A stretch of 32,000 nt of DNA from Pseudoalteromonas translucida KMM 520 (GCF_001465295.1 NZ_CP011035.1:30001-62000), one strand, 5' to 3'; counted from the first letter of the stretch, positions 16,826 to 25,716 are shown. The notes: generated by a model not told the origin, from the sequence alone. Program-made: numbers and translations.

Positions 16826-17020
16826 AACCTGATCTCCGGATAATAAACCTGTCTCAAGCAGTTATTTTCAGCGCTAACTGCGTTGAATTTACTTGCAATA
16901 GGCCAGCTATTGACACGTAAATTCGCCTTGTTTTCACTGAAAACCTTTGGCTAGAGAAAATAAGTTTAAATATAATTATGATGCAATACGTTAGTAAGCC
17001 TCTTAACCAGAGTTCACGTT
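16826..17020 (+). repeat. Copy 1 of a roughly 195-bp palindromic intergenic repeat (MITE-like or structured-RNA-like)
   Basis: It is colinear with 25806-26000. A core of about 98 nt (16866-16963) differs at only 2 positions. The ends are inverted (AACCTGA...TCACGTT), and there is an internal long imperfect hairpin (GAATTTAC/GTAAATTC, apex CAATAG-gccag-CTATTG). It has no ORF. Confidence 0.9.
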
Positions 17021-17029
17021 AAATTAATA

Positions 17030-20000
17030 TCACACAATTTCTACGCTAGAATAACCGCCCGGCTTTTTAGCCACATGGACTTGTGTTGCTACGCGCTCAC
17101 TCATTTCGCTTACATGCGATATAACACCTACTTTTCGCCCTTGTGCTTGTAATGAATCAAGTGCATCCATTGCAACACTGAGCGTCTCGCTGTCTAACGT
17201 ACCAAACCCTTCGTCAATAAACAAAGAATTGATTTGTACTTTGTTTGACGACAATGAAGCAAGCCCTAAAGCCAGCGCCAAAGAGACTAAAAATGATTCA
17301 CCACCAGAGAGCGTATTTACAGAGCGTTGCTCATCGGCCATGTCACGGTCAATAATAGCTATATCTAAAGAATGCTCAATAGCGGTTAATTCATAGCGTT
17401 TATTAAGGGTTTTTAAATGACTATTTGCATAATGTAGCAGTATTTTTAGGGTTTGCGTTTGCGCTAAATTACGCATGGTTTTACCGGTTGCATCGCCTAA
17501 TACTTTATTAAGTAAATGCCACTGATCAACTTGCGTTTTAAGCGTAGTTAACTCAGCTTGTTTACCTTTGAGCGTTTTAGCATTTTGGTTGTGCTGCTCA
17601 ATAGCGGTATTAGTGGCAAGCAAGCTATTTTGTAGCTCTGTTTGCTGGGTATTTAATACATTTAGCTGCTCAGTTAATTCATCTTGATTTTTTGAAGGTT
17701 TGTCACTATTTTGATGCTCTGTGTACGACTTTTGTTGCTGTTTAAGCGCTGCATTTGTATCGGTTAGCGTTTGTGATACTTGCTCAAACTGTTTTAAGTG
17801 CGCTTTAATTTGCTCGCTGCTTAAGGTTAGTAAAATAGTGATCTGTTCGTGCGTTGCATCGCTATATTGCGCTTTAAAGTCAGTAAACCACTCTAAGTAA
17901 CGCGCCTCAAGGCTGGTTAGCTCTTGGGTGTGTTCTTGCAAGCGTTGCTCAACATTTTTAAGTGTTATGGCATGCTCGTCGCGCTGTTTAACCGCGTTAT
18001 CGTGCGCTTGTTGGCTGGCATTTAGCTGTGTTTGGCATTGCTCAAGCTGCGTAGCTAGTTTGGCTTGATAGTCGCTTGCGCTTATTTGCTCGTTATTAAA
18101 TAAAGCTAAGCGCTCGCTTTGCGTAATATTTTGCTGTTGCTGCGCTTTGGCTAAATCGTCATTTAATGTTTTAAGTGCGTGCTCACTTTTAGTGATTAAT
18201 GGTGTTAATTGCTGTAATTGCTGGTTTGCACTGTCGAGCTGTTTTTGACTTTGCTCCAGCTGTGTAAGTGTTTGCTGGTATTGCTCAACCTGTTTGTTTA
18301 AATCGCTTAGGGTAAGCGATTCACTTTGCAGCTGCTGCCAAAAATCGCTGTGTTCAAATTGCGCGTTAAGCGCTGTGCTTTGCTCGTTTATTTGTACGCT
18401 TAGCTCGTTATGTTTACTGCTTAATTGCTTTAGCTGATTAGTTAACTCAACATGCTGGTTTTGCAATTGCTGCTGTACGTGTTGCTCGGTTTTTAAAGCG
18501 TTAAGCTGCTGATTTACTTTTTCTTGTAAAGTTCGCAGCTGTGTTTGTACTGCAAAGTACTGGGCTTTTTGCTCGCTGAGTTGCTTGTAGGTTTCATCAA
18601 GCTTCTCGGTTGTTAAATCGTTAAGCTCGGTGCGAGCGTCTTGCATGGTCGTTTTAATTTCTAGCTGCTTGGCCTGTGCAATTTGTATTGCTTGGCTATG
18701 TTGCGTTTGCTCGGCCACTAACACAGCATGTTGTGTTTGATGCTGATGCAGCTGGGTTTGGGCGTTATCGCGTTGCTGTTTTGCATTGTTATACGCTGTT
18801 TCAAAATCGGCTATTAAGTTATTTAATTGCTGGTTTTGAGTGCTTGCATATGGGTGCTCAGTTGCACCGCACACTAAACATGGCTCGTTAGGAGCTAGTT
18901 GTGTACGTAAGTGTTCTACATTTTCACTGGCGCGAAGGCGTGCTTGGCTAAGTGCGTATTCGTTGTGCTTAAGCGATTGCTCGCACGAAGCCAAATTTTG
19001 TAATAATGCGTTTTTCGCTTGCTCACTTTGGGTAAGTTTTTCTGCAACGCATGTTTGCTGTTGTGTGCTGTATTTTAGTTCACGATTAAACTGTTTATAG
19101 CGCTCGCGTTGATCTTTTAAGTAATCAATATTTTTAAGCTTTGCATCGCACTGTTCAATATTAAATTGGCGTTGCTGCTCATTTAATTGGTTAAGATTTT
19201 TTTGCTCACTAGCAAGTAACTGTTCTTGTGACTCAACCTTTGTATTTTGCGCGGTTAAAAGCGTCGCTTGCTTAGCTTGCTCAGCCACTAATTTTTGCTT
19301 TTGATTTGCCGTTGTTTTTAATTGCTCAGTTGCGTTTATAAACTGATTAAAACTGTGCTGGTAGTAATTCCAATCATTGGCTAAAGGTTTTAATTGTGTG
19401 TGCGTAGTTAACCACTGTTGATGCTGGGCACTTAATTTTGTGGCTTCATCAAGCACAGATTGGCTTTGCTTAAATTGCTGCTGCAAATCGTTTAATTGTA
19501 ATTGCTCTTTTTCGCTTTGCTGGGTAAGGCTTGCAATGGTTTGTGCTTGAATAGCTAATTGGCTGTCGAGCTCGCGCGCTTTAGCAATAATAGGCTCAGC
19601 AGTTTGTTTTTGCTCTTTAGCTGTTTGTAATATCTCTTGGTGCTTACTAAGCGTATTAGCATGCGCGGTAATTATTGCAGTGTGATCTATACTTTTTAAG
19701 TCAGTTACTTTCGTATTTAACTCAGTATTTTGAGTTGTTAAACTTTTAAAGCGACTGCGGTTATCTTTAATTTCAAGTGCGCTTTGAGCTTGTTTAGCTT
19801 GCTCACTTTGCTGAGCAATTGCATTAAGCTCATTTTGCGCTTGTTGCTGGTTTTGCTGTGCTTGTTTAAGTGCTTGCTCAAGCGTATTGGCTTGTTTATA
19901 CCAATTTAAGTTTTGCTCTGTCGTTGTTAAGGTTTTTTTAGTGTGTTCAATTTGCAGTTTTAATTCATTAAGCGAAGTTTGTTTAGCGGCTAATTCATCT

Positions 20001-20683
20001 TCACTTAGTAATGTGTAACTTGCTAAACTTGCTTGGAGTAATTCAAACTTTTCTTTTAGCTCTTTATTACGCTCAAAAATACGTACACCAATACGGCTAA
20101 ACTTATCGGTACCGGTTAAGCATTCTAAAAGCTGTGCACGCTCATCGCCGGTGGCTTTTAAAAACGCGGCAAATTCGTGTTGCGCTAATAACACTGCCCG
20201 CGAAAACTGATCAAAGGTTAACCCTATTTTGGCTTCTATTTGTTTTACTGTTTTACTTTTATCTGACGAAATTAGCGTGTCATCAGATAACAAGTGAAGC
20301 GTATGCTGTGCTGCTTGTAAATTGCCGTCGCTTTTGCCTCGCGAGCGATTTACGCTCCAACACGCTCGGTAACTTTCTTTATCTTGTCCTACAAAGTCTA
20401 CTTCAGCAAAGCCATTAGACGTTCCTCGCCTAAGTAAATTACGCGCGTCATTTAGCCTAATACTGTCGCCTTGAAACTCTACCTTATTGCCTTTATCCCC
20501 ACCTAACCTTGCGGTTTTAGCATATAAAGCTAAGCAAATAGCATCTAAAATAGTGCTTTTACCTGCGCCGGTATCGCCGGTAATTGCAAATAATCCGGCG
20601 TCTTTTAGCGGGGCGGCTAAAAAATCTATTTCGGCATCAACAATAGAAGCTAAGTTATGAATACGCACTGCGGTTATTTTCAT
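17030..20683 (-). CDS. sbcC: Exonuclease SbcCD, ATPase subunit SbcC
   Basis: The 1217-aa product has an N-terminal Walker A (ITGDTGAGKST), a very long Q-rich coiled coil with a central zinc hook (PCLVCGATEHPY), a C-terminal signature (LSGGESFLVSLALALGLA) and Walker B (LFIDEGFGTLD). It overlaps sbcD by 4 bp. Confidence 0.95.
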   Translation of the reverse strand: MKITAVRIHNLASIVDAEIDFLAAPLKDAGLFAITGDTGAGKSTILDAICLALYAKTARLGGDKGNKVEFQGDSIRLNDARNLLRRGTSNGFAEVDFVGQDKESYRACWSVNRSRGKSDGNLQAAQHTLHLLSDDTLISSDKSKTVKQIEAKIGLTFDQFSRAVLLAQHEFAAFLKATGDERAQLLECLTGTDKFSRIGVRIFERNKELKEKFELLQASLASYTLLSEDELAAKQTSLNELKLQIEHTKKTLTTTEQNLNWYKQANTLEQALKQAQQNQQQAQNELNAIAQQSEQAKQAQSALEIKDNRSRFKSLTTQNTELNTKVTDLKSIDHTAIITAHANTLSKHQEILQTAKEQKQTAEPIIAKARELDSQLAIQAQTIASLTQQSEKEQLQLNDLQQQFKQSQSVLDEATKLSAQHQQWLTTHTQLKPLANDWNYYQHSFNQFINATEQLKTTANQKQKLVAEQAKQATLLTAQNTKVESQEQLLASEQKNLNQLNEQQRQFNIEQCDAKLKNIDYLKDQRERYKQFNRELKYSTQQQTCVAEKLTQSEQAKNALLQNLASCEQSLKHNEYALSQARLRASENVEHLRTQLAPNEPCLVCGATEHPYASTQNQQLNNLIADFETAYNNAKQQRDNAQTQLHQHQTQHAVLVAEQTQHSQAIQIAQAKQLEIKTTMQDARTELNDLTTEKLDETYKQLSEQKAQYFAVQTQLRTLQEKVNQQLNALKTEQHVQQQLQNQHVELTNQLKQLSSKHNELSVQINEQSTALNAQFEHSDFWQQLQSESLTLSDLNKQVEQYQQTLTQLEQSQKQLDSANQQLQQLTPLITKSEHALKTLNDDLAKAQQQQNITQSERLALFNNEQISASDYQAKLATQLEQCQTQLNASQQAHDNAVKQRDEHAITLKNVEQRLQEHTQELTSLEARYLEWFTDFKAQYSDATHEQITILLTLSSEQIKAHLKQFEQVSQTLTDTNAALKQQQKSYTEHQNSDKPSKNQDELTEQLNVLNTQQTELQNSLLATNTAIEQHNQNAKTLKGKQAELTTLKTQVDQWHLLNKVLGDATGKTMRNLAQTQTLKILLHYANSHLKTLNKRYELTAIEHSLDIAIIDRDMADEQRSVNTLSGGESFLVSLALALGLASLSSNKVQINSLFIDEGFGTLDSETLSVAMDALDSLQAQGRKVGVISHVSEMSERVATQVHVAKKPGGYSSVEIV

Positions 20684-21927
20684 AGTTGCTGTTGCTCCTC
20701 TAGTTCGTTAATAACATCGTTTAATAGATTTTTTAGTGCGTCGGGTACGCTTTCACCGTGCATATCTTTGTCGTTTGCAAATGCTTGCTCTAATAAATTA
20801 AGTGGGTTGAGCATTTCAACTTCACTTAAATCTTCAAATACTGCGCCGCCTTCATTGTTAGCTGCTTGTTCGCGCACGCGCTCTATGCCACAAAAGCGAA
20901 TATGCTTACCCTCAAGGGCTTGTTCTATTTGCTCTCTGAAGGTGGTGTCGGTATCGCTAGATTTAAGCTTTACCCGTAAATATGGTGCTATTGTATTGGC
21001 TGTGGTGTCGAGGGCTTTAATTTGCTCGCATAGCTCAGCTAATGGTACGCACTCCCCTTTTGGCAAAACTATTACATCGGCTAAACGAGGAATGTAAAGG
21101 GGGTTTACAGTTACACTAATTTGCTGTTTTTCATCGCTATTAAACTCTACTACATTTACTTGGTGGCTGTAATTACGCTCTGAAAATGACATAGGAATTG
21201 GCGTGCCGCTATATCTAATGCATTCATTTTTAGCAACTTGCTGCGCTTTATGTAAATGCCCCAACGCAACGTAGTGTGCTTGCTTACCAAAAACGCTGGC
21301 AGATATGGCTTCTTCGCCGCCTATTACTAAATTGCGCTCAGAGTCACTCGATATATCGCCGCCTTTGGCGTGAAGGTGCCCCATAACAATTAACGGGGTA
21401 TTTTCACTTTGTAAAGTAGCCGCATGCTCAAGGGCAAGTTCATATGCCTTTTTAACGCCTTGGGCATAGCTAGGGCCATTTTTAGTTTGGCTGAGTGTAG
21501 TTACATCGCTTGCGCGCAAAAATGGCATGGCAACGATTACAGCGCGTTTATTGTTAGTGTTAATGGTGATTACGGTATCGGCCGCTGCTGTTGGCTCAAA
21601 ACGCCCTACAACATGGGTATCAAATTGAGCGAGTAACGGTTGCGCAGCTAAAATACGATTTGCAGAGTCGTGGTTACCAGCAATAATTACTACATGTAAA
21701 TTAGGGCACTGCTTTTTGGCATCTTTAATAAATTGATAGAGTTGATTTTCGGCGCTAGCACTGGGTGTTGCAGTATGATAAATATCGCCAGCAACGAGCA
21801 GTAAATCTATTTGTTGCTCAACGAGTGTGGCTAACAGCCAAGTGAAAAAAGCAAGGTGTTCATGACGACGGTCATATTCATAAAATTGTTGGCCAAGGTG
21901 CCAATCAGAAGTGTGCAGAACTTTCAT
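20680..21927 (-). CDS. sbcD: Exonuclease SbcCD, nuclease subunit SbcD (Mre11-like)
   Basis: It carries the calcineurin-like phosphoesterase motifs MKVLHTSDWHLGQ, LLVAGDIYH, VIIAGNHDS, MGHLH and ALGHLHKAQ, and is colinear with E. coli SbcD. Confidence 0.95.
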   Translation of the reverse strand: MKVLHTSDWHLGQQFYEYDRRHEHLAFFTWLLATLVEQQIDLLLVAGDIYHTATPSASAENQLYQFIKDAKKQCPNLHVVIIAGNHDSANRILAAQPLLAQFDTHVVGRFEPTAAADTVITINTNNKRAVIVAMPFLRASDVTTLSQTKNGPSYAQGVKKAYELALEHAATLQSENTPLIVMGHLHAKGGDISSDSERNLVIGGEEAISASVFGKQAHYVALGHLHKAQQVAKNECIRYSGTPIPMSFSERNYSHQVNVVEFNSDEKQQISVTVNPLYIPRLADVIVLPKGECVPLAELCEQIKALDTTANTIAPYLRVKLKSSDTDTTFREQIEQALEGKHIRFCGIERVREQAANNEGGAVFEDLSEVEMLNPLNLLEQAFANDKDMHGESVPDALKNLLNDVINELEEQQQL

Positions 21928-21930
21928 GTA

Positions 21931-21956
21931 GCGCTCTTAAAAAATCGTAAGAGCGC
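21931..21956 (-). promoter_or_regulatory. Perfect 9-bp-stem hairpin overlapping the putative sbcD Shine-Dalgarno sequence
   Basis: On the - strand the sequence reads GCGCTCTTAcgatttttTAAGAGCGC tac ATG. The only SD-like element (AAGAG) lies inside the 3' arm, and the hairpin ends 3 nt before the sbcD start. Confidence 0.35.
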
Positions 21957-22019
21957 CAATATACCCAAGGCAGTTAAAGATGCAACCTTATAGGCTCATC
22001 TTGCTAGGGTGAATGGGTT

Positions 22020-22262
22020 TTAGCTAGCTCCTAAGCTAAACCAACCAACATAAATAAGAGGTAAGGCTAAAAGTGCCATAAATAACGGCAGTTTAAGTGC
22101 TTTGGCTTTTTTAGCTTGTAACGCTTTCAATGCATTTTTTTCGTTACAAGCGGCTACTTTGTCAATATACAAATAACCTGAGTTTAAATACTGCTTACAG
22201 TTTTGCGCGTCTGCTGGAATAGCAATTAGTTTTTGCTGCTTTTTTAGAACATAAAAATCCAT
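22020..22262 (-). CDS. Hypothetical small protein with a C-terminal TM anchor
   Basis: About 80 aa counted from the ATG at 22262 (MDFYVLKK...), with a hydrophobic C-terminus LPLFMALLALPLIYVGWFSLGA. No motif is recognised. It lies upstream of sbcD on the same strand. Confidence 0.4.
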   Translation of the reverse strand: MDFYVLKKQQKLIAIPADAQNCKQYLNSGYLYIDKVAACNEKNALKALQAKKAKALKLPLFMALLALPLIYVGWFSLGAS

Positions 22263-22541
22263 ACACCACCACACTTTTCAACACTAAAATATTAATAAAC
22301 ATATTTGAAAATAATTATATTAAATTACCCTCAAATGAAAAAAGTGGGCGATTCTAAGTACAAATGGATACAAAGATCAACCATAAACTTCACTATTGGC
22401 GGTTTCTCATACAAAGGGATTAACTTTTTTGCTAAATAATTACATTTGGCTACCTTTGAAGCCAAAATACAGGGGGAAATTTAGTAGCTGTAAGCCGTTA
22501 TTTTTAGCGGATATTTGGCCTTTATTTTTATTTAAAACGAC

Positions 22542-22575
22542 AAACTGTAAAGCCCCTTTACAGTTTTATTATTTT
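22542..22575 (+). terminator. Orphan intrinsic terminator in the AT-rich gap upstream of the M1 peptidase
   Basis: AAACTGTAAAGcccCTTTACAGTTT has perfect 11-bp arms and is followed by tattatttt. No annotated + strand gene ends nearby. Confidence 0.55.
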
Positions 22576-22733
22576 AATTCACGTTTAATTAATTTTATAT
22601 AAAAGAATAATGCGATTTTATTGTAAAAAAATAGTGAAAACTAGCCTGAAAAAGTCGCACTTTATCGTTATTTTATTGAAGAAAAACGATAATTTTGTCA
22701 AAGTGCGCATACTAAAATCTAACAGGTTTAATA

Positions 22734-25184
22734 ATGAAAAAAATAATTTATACGCTAAGTGCGGTTATATTGCCAATAGCAATGTCGAGCACTGTTTTAG
22801 CGTCTGCTGTTGAGCAAACCAAAGGCAGCTATATCGATAAATTTCGTCAACTAGACGAAGCGTTGCCAACGCCAAATGTTTATAGAAGTGCAGCCGGAGA
22901 ACCTGGCGAAAATTATTGGCAGCAACGCGTTAATTACGATATTGATGTACAGTTAGACGAGAAAAAGCGCCGTATAAGCGGTAGTCAAAAAATAGAATAT
23001 AAAAATAATTCACCGCACACATTAAAGTATTTATGGTTACAGTTAGATCAAAACGTTTTTAAAAATGATTCAATTGCAGAAACCACACAAACGTTTAAAA
23101 GTACTTTAACAAGTTTACCAGCCGATAAACCCGCCAAGTTAAGTTTAGGCGACCTACGTCGCCAACAGTTTATGAGCGACAACGAGCTTGGCTATACAAT
23201 TAGCAATGTAAAAGATGACAATGGCAACGAGTTACGTGTAACCGTGGTTGATACCTTAATGCGCATTGACCTAAATAAGCCGTTAAAGCCAGGTAAAGAA
23301 GCCGAATTTAGCATGAACTTTGCATTTAACTTAGTTGAAGAAGATGCAGTAGGCGCGCGCTCGGGCTATGAGCACTTTGAGAAAGATGGTAACGATATAT
23401 TTTTAGTGGCGCAGTGGTTTCCGCGCTTAGCTGCTTATACCGATTACGAAGCTTGGACTAATAAAACTTTTTTAGGTGGCGGCGAATTTACCTTAGAGTT
23501 TGGTGATTACGATGTTGAAATTACCGTACCTGCCGATCATATCGTGTCGGCAACGGGTAAGCTTAATAACGCAAGTAGCGTATTAACGAGCACGCAACGC
23601 AAACGTTTAAAGCAAGCCGAAAAAGCTAAACGCCCCGTGTTTATTGTTAGTGAAGAAGAAGCGCTCGATAACGAAAAATCTAAAACAGATAAAACTAAAA
23701 CGTGGCACTTTAAAGCTAATAACGTACGCGACTTTGCTTGGGCGTCGTCACGCAAATTTATGTGGGATGCTAAAGGCTATCAGCAAGGCGGTGATGAGCA
23801 GCCATTGGTTATGGCTATGTCGTTTTACCCTAAAGAAGGGGGCGATTTATGGAAAAAATATTCGACCGAAGCTGTTATTCACACTATGGAAGTGTATTCA
23901 AAGTATTCATTTGACTACCCATACCCAACCGCGCAGTCAGTAAATGGTCCTGTTGGTGGTATGGAATACCCAATGATCACCTTTAATGGCCCGCGTACTA
24001 AGCTGCAAGATGATGGAACACGCACTTACTCTCAAGCCGAAAAGCGATTTTTACTCGGGGTAGTGATCCACGAAGTAGGCCATATTTACTTTCCGATGAT
24101 AGTAAACTCAGATGAGCGCCAATGGACCTGGATGGATGAAGGTTTAAATAGCTTTTTAGACGGTGTTGCAGGGCGAGAGTGGGATCCGAGCATTCCATGG
24201 GGTGTTGAGCCGCGCGATATAGTGGCGTATATGAAGTCAGAAATTCAAGTGCCTATAATGACCCAGTCAGACAGCGTATTGCGTTTAGGCCCTAACGCGT
24301 ACACTAAACCTGCTGCTGCACTTAATATTTTACGTGAAGTTATTTTAGGCCGAGAGCTGTTTGATTTTGCGTTTAAAGAATACGCACAGCGCTGGAAGTA
24401 TAAGCGCCCTACCCCAGCTGATTTTTTTCGTACTATGGAAGAAGCTTCGGGTGTTGATTTAGATTGGTTTTGGCGTGGTTGGTTTTTTACCACAGATCAC
24501 GTAGATATTGCTTTAGATAAGGTATACCAACTGCGTTTAGACACTAAGAACCCTGATATTGATTTTAGTCGCCTGCGCGATATTGAAGCAAATAAGCCTA
24601 CTTCGCTGTTTGTAGAGCGTAACCGCGCACAAGGTAAAAAAACCTGGGTAGAAGAAAACCCCGATGTTACCGACTTTTATGACGAAAACGACCGTTTTAC
24701 CGTTACTAATAAAGAGCGCAACGCGTACAACAAGTTTTTAAAGGGCTTAGAGCCGTGGGAGCGTAAAACGCTCGAGCGTGCAATAGAAGAAGACCAAAAC
24801 TACTACGTAATGGAGTTTTCTAACGTAGGCGGCTTAGTAATGCCTATTTTATTAGAGCTGACTTTTGAAGATGGCAGTAAAGAAGAGCGTTATATTGCGG
24901 CCGAAATTTGGCGTCGTAATTATAAAAATGTACAAAAATTAATAGTGACAGACAAAAACAAATCGCTGGTGTCGGTTACCATCGACCCGCGCTGGGAAAC
25001 GGCTGACGTAGATATTGAAAATAATAACTACCCGCGTCGTATTATTCCATCACGCATAGAAGTGTTTAAAAAAGAAAAGAGCAAAGCGAAAGTAAGCCGC
25101 GATATTATGCAAGATATTAAAACCGAGCTTAAAAAAGACGAATCTAAAGGCGACGAAAATAATAGTAGTGAGGAGCAACAATAA
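22734..25184 (+). CDS. Secreted M1-family zinc metallopeptidase (aminopeptidase-N-like)
   Basis: The 816-aa product has a signal peptide (MKKIIYTLSAVILPIAMSSTVLASA), a GAMEN-equivalent VGGMEYPM, zinc motif HEVGHIYF followed by WMDEGLNSF (HEXXH-X18-E), and a K/E-rich C-terminal tail. Confidence 0.9.
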   Translation: MKKIIYTLSAVILPIAMSSTVLASAVEQTKGSYIDKFRQLDEALPTPNVYRSAAGEPGENYWQQRVNYDIDVQLDEKKRRISGSQKIEYKNNSPHTLKYLWLQLDQNVFKNDSIAETTQTFKSTLTSLPADKPAKLSLGDLRRQQFMSDNELGYTISNVKDDNGNELRVTVVDTLMRIDLNKPLKPGKEAEFSMNFAFNLVEEDAVGARSGYEHFEKDGNDIFLVAQWFPRLAAYTDYEAWTNKTFLGGGEFTLEFGDYDVEITVPADHIVSATGKLNNASSVLTSTQRKRLKQAEKAKRPVFIVSEEEALDNEKSKTDKTKTWHFKANNVRDFAWASSRKFMWDAKGYQQGGDEQPLVMAMSFYPKEGGDLWKKYSTEAVIHTMEVYSKYSFDYPYPTAQSVNGPVGGMEYPMITFNGPRTKLQDDGTRTYSQAEKRFLLGVVIHEVGHIYFPMIVNSDERQWTWMDEGLNSFLDGVAGREWDPSIPWGVEPRDIVAYMKSEIQVPIMTQSDSVLRLGPNAYTKPAAALNILREVILGRELFDFAFKEYAQRWKYKRPTPADFFRTMEEASGVDLDWFWRGWFFTTDHVDIALDKVYQLRLDTKNPDIDFSRLRDIEANKPTSLFVERNRAQGKKTWVEENPDVTDFYDENDRFTVTNKERNAYNKFLKGLEPWERKTLERAIEEDQNYYVMEFSNVGGLVMPILLELTFEDGSKEERYIAAEIWRRNYKNVQKLIVTDKNKSLVSVTIDPRWETADVDIENNNYPRRIIPSRIEVFKKEKSKAKVSRDIMQDIKTELKKDESKGDENNSSEEQQ

Positions 25185-25678
25185 TGCGCATATTGCTAAT
25201 TATTGTTAGTTTATTAATTGCTGCGCCTAGTATGGCGCATCAATTAAAGTCGTCTGTTACTACTGTGCTTTTTAATAAACGCACTAATAATATTGAGCTA
25301 ATGCATCGTTTTTATTTGCACGATACCGAGCATGCCGTGGCGCACTTATTTAAAGGCAAGGTTGATATTATTAGCAATAAAATAGATCAACAACGCTTTG
25401 CCAAATATGTAGAGTCGCATGTTGCGCTACAAACATTAAACGGTGAGCCACTGCCGCTTAATTTTGTAGGAGCACAAGTTGATGGCAAGTTTTTTTGGGT
25501 TTACCAAGAAGCGCCAATTCCGGTAAAAATTGCAGGAATTAAAATGAGTAACGGTGCACTGCGCGACTTATGGCCTTCGCAAGTTAATATGGTTAACGTT
25601 GAAGGACAAGGAAAAATAAAAACCTTAAACTTTACTCAAGACGACACTTGGCTTGAAGCAAGGTTTGAGCAACAATAA
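25184..25678 (+). CDS. Small secreted protein coupled to the M1 peptidase (DUF6702-like by context)
   Basis: The 164-aa product has a signal peptide MRILLIIVSLLIAAPSMA. Its start overlaps the peptidase stop (TAATG at 25182-25186). The DUF assignment is from memory of similar M1-adjacent genes. Confidence 0.7.
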   Translation: MRILLIIVSLLIAAPSMAHQLKSSVTTVLFNKRTNNIELMHRFYLHDTEHAVAHLFKGKVDIISNKIDQQRFAKYVESHVALQTLNGEPLPLNFVGAQVDGKFFWVYQEAPIPVKIAGIKMSNGALRDLWPSQVNMVNVEGQGKIKTLNFTQDDTWLEARFEQQ

Positions 25679-25690
25679 TCCTACAAACTA

Positions 25691-25716
25691 CGCGCACAGT
25701 CACTGTGCGCGTTTTT
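25691..25716 (+). terminator. Rho-independent terminator of the M1 peptidase operon
   Basis: CGCGCACAGTcACTGTGCGCG is followed by ttttt, 13 nt after the stop codon. Confidence 0.85.

Noticed and set aside
16826-17020. The 195-bp repeats as integron attC sites. Their 3' ends read GTTAAAT and GTTAGGT, which fit GTTRRRY.
   Set aside because: The 5' ends do not give a proper RYYYAAC inverse core. The copies are 6-9 kb apart between housekeeping genes rather than separating cassettes, there is no intI, and 195 bp is long for an attC site.
17030-21097. Several ORFs of 60-146 aa on the + strand inside sbcC and sbcD (18676-18891, 18840-19100, 20134-20418, 20657-21097).
   Set aside because: They are antisense to long, motif-rich genes, with low-complexity Cys/Ser/Leu-rich translations typical of the reverse complement of Q/A/E-rich coiled-coil coding sequence. 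They have no start context and are treated as shadow ORFs.
17030-21927. SbcCD as part of a defence or novel nuclease system, given the adjacent methyltransferase and repeat element.
   Set aside because: The sequences are canonical SbcC and SbcD with the usual 4-bp overlap. The methyltransferase is a small-molecule or CmoA-like class I enzyme with no DNA-methylase motifs (no DPPY/NPPY or PCQ). Nothing supports a restriction or defence role.
22396-22813. ORFs 22396-22602 and 22610-22813 (+) in the AT-rich region upstream of the M1 peptidase.
   Set aside because: Their composition is extremely AT-rich and low in complexity (runs of K/N/F/L), and they lack an SD. The second overlaps the well-supported peptidase start and its signal peptide. 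They are more likely non-coding regulatory DNA.
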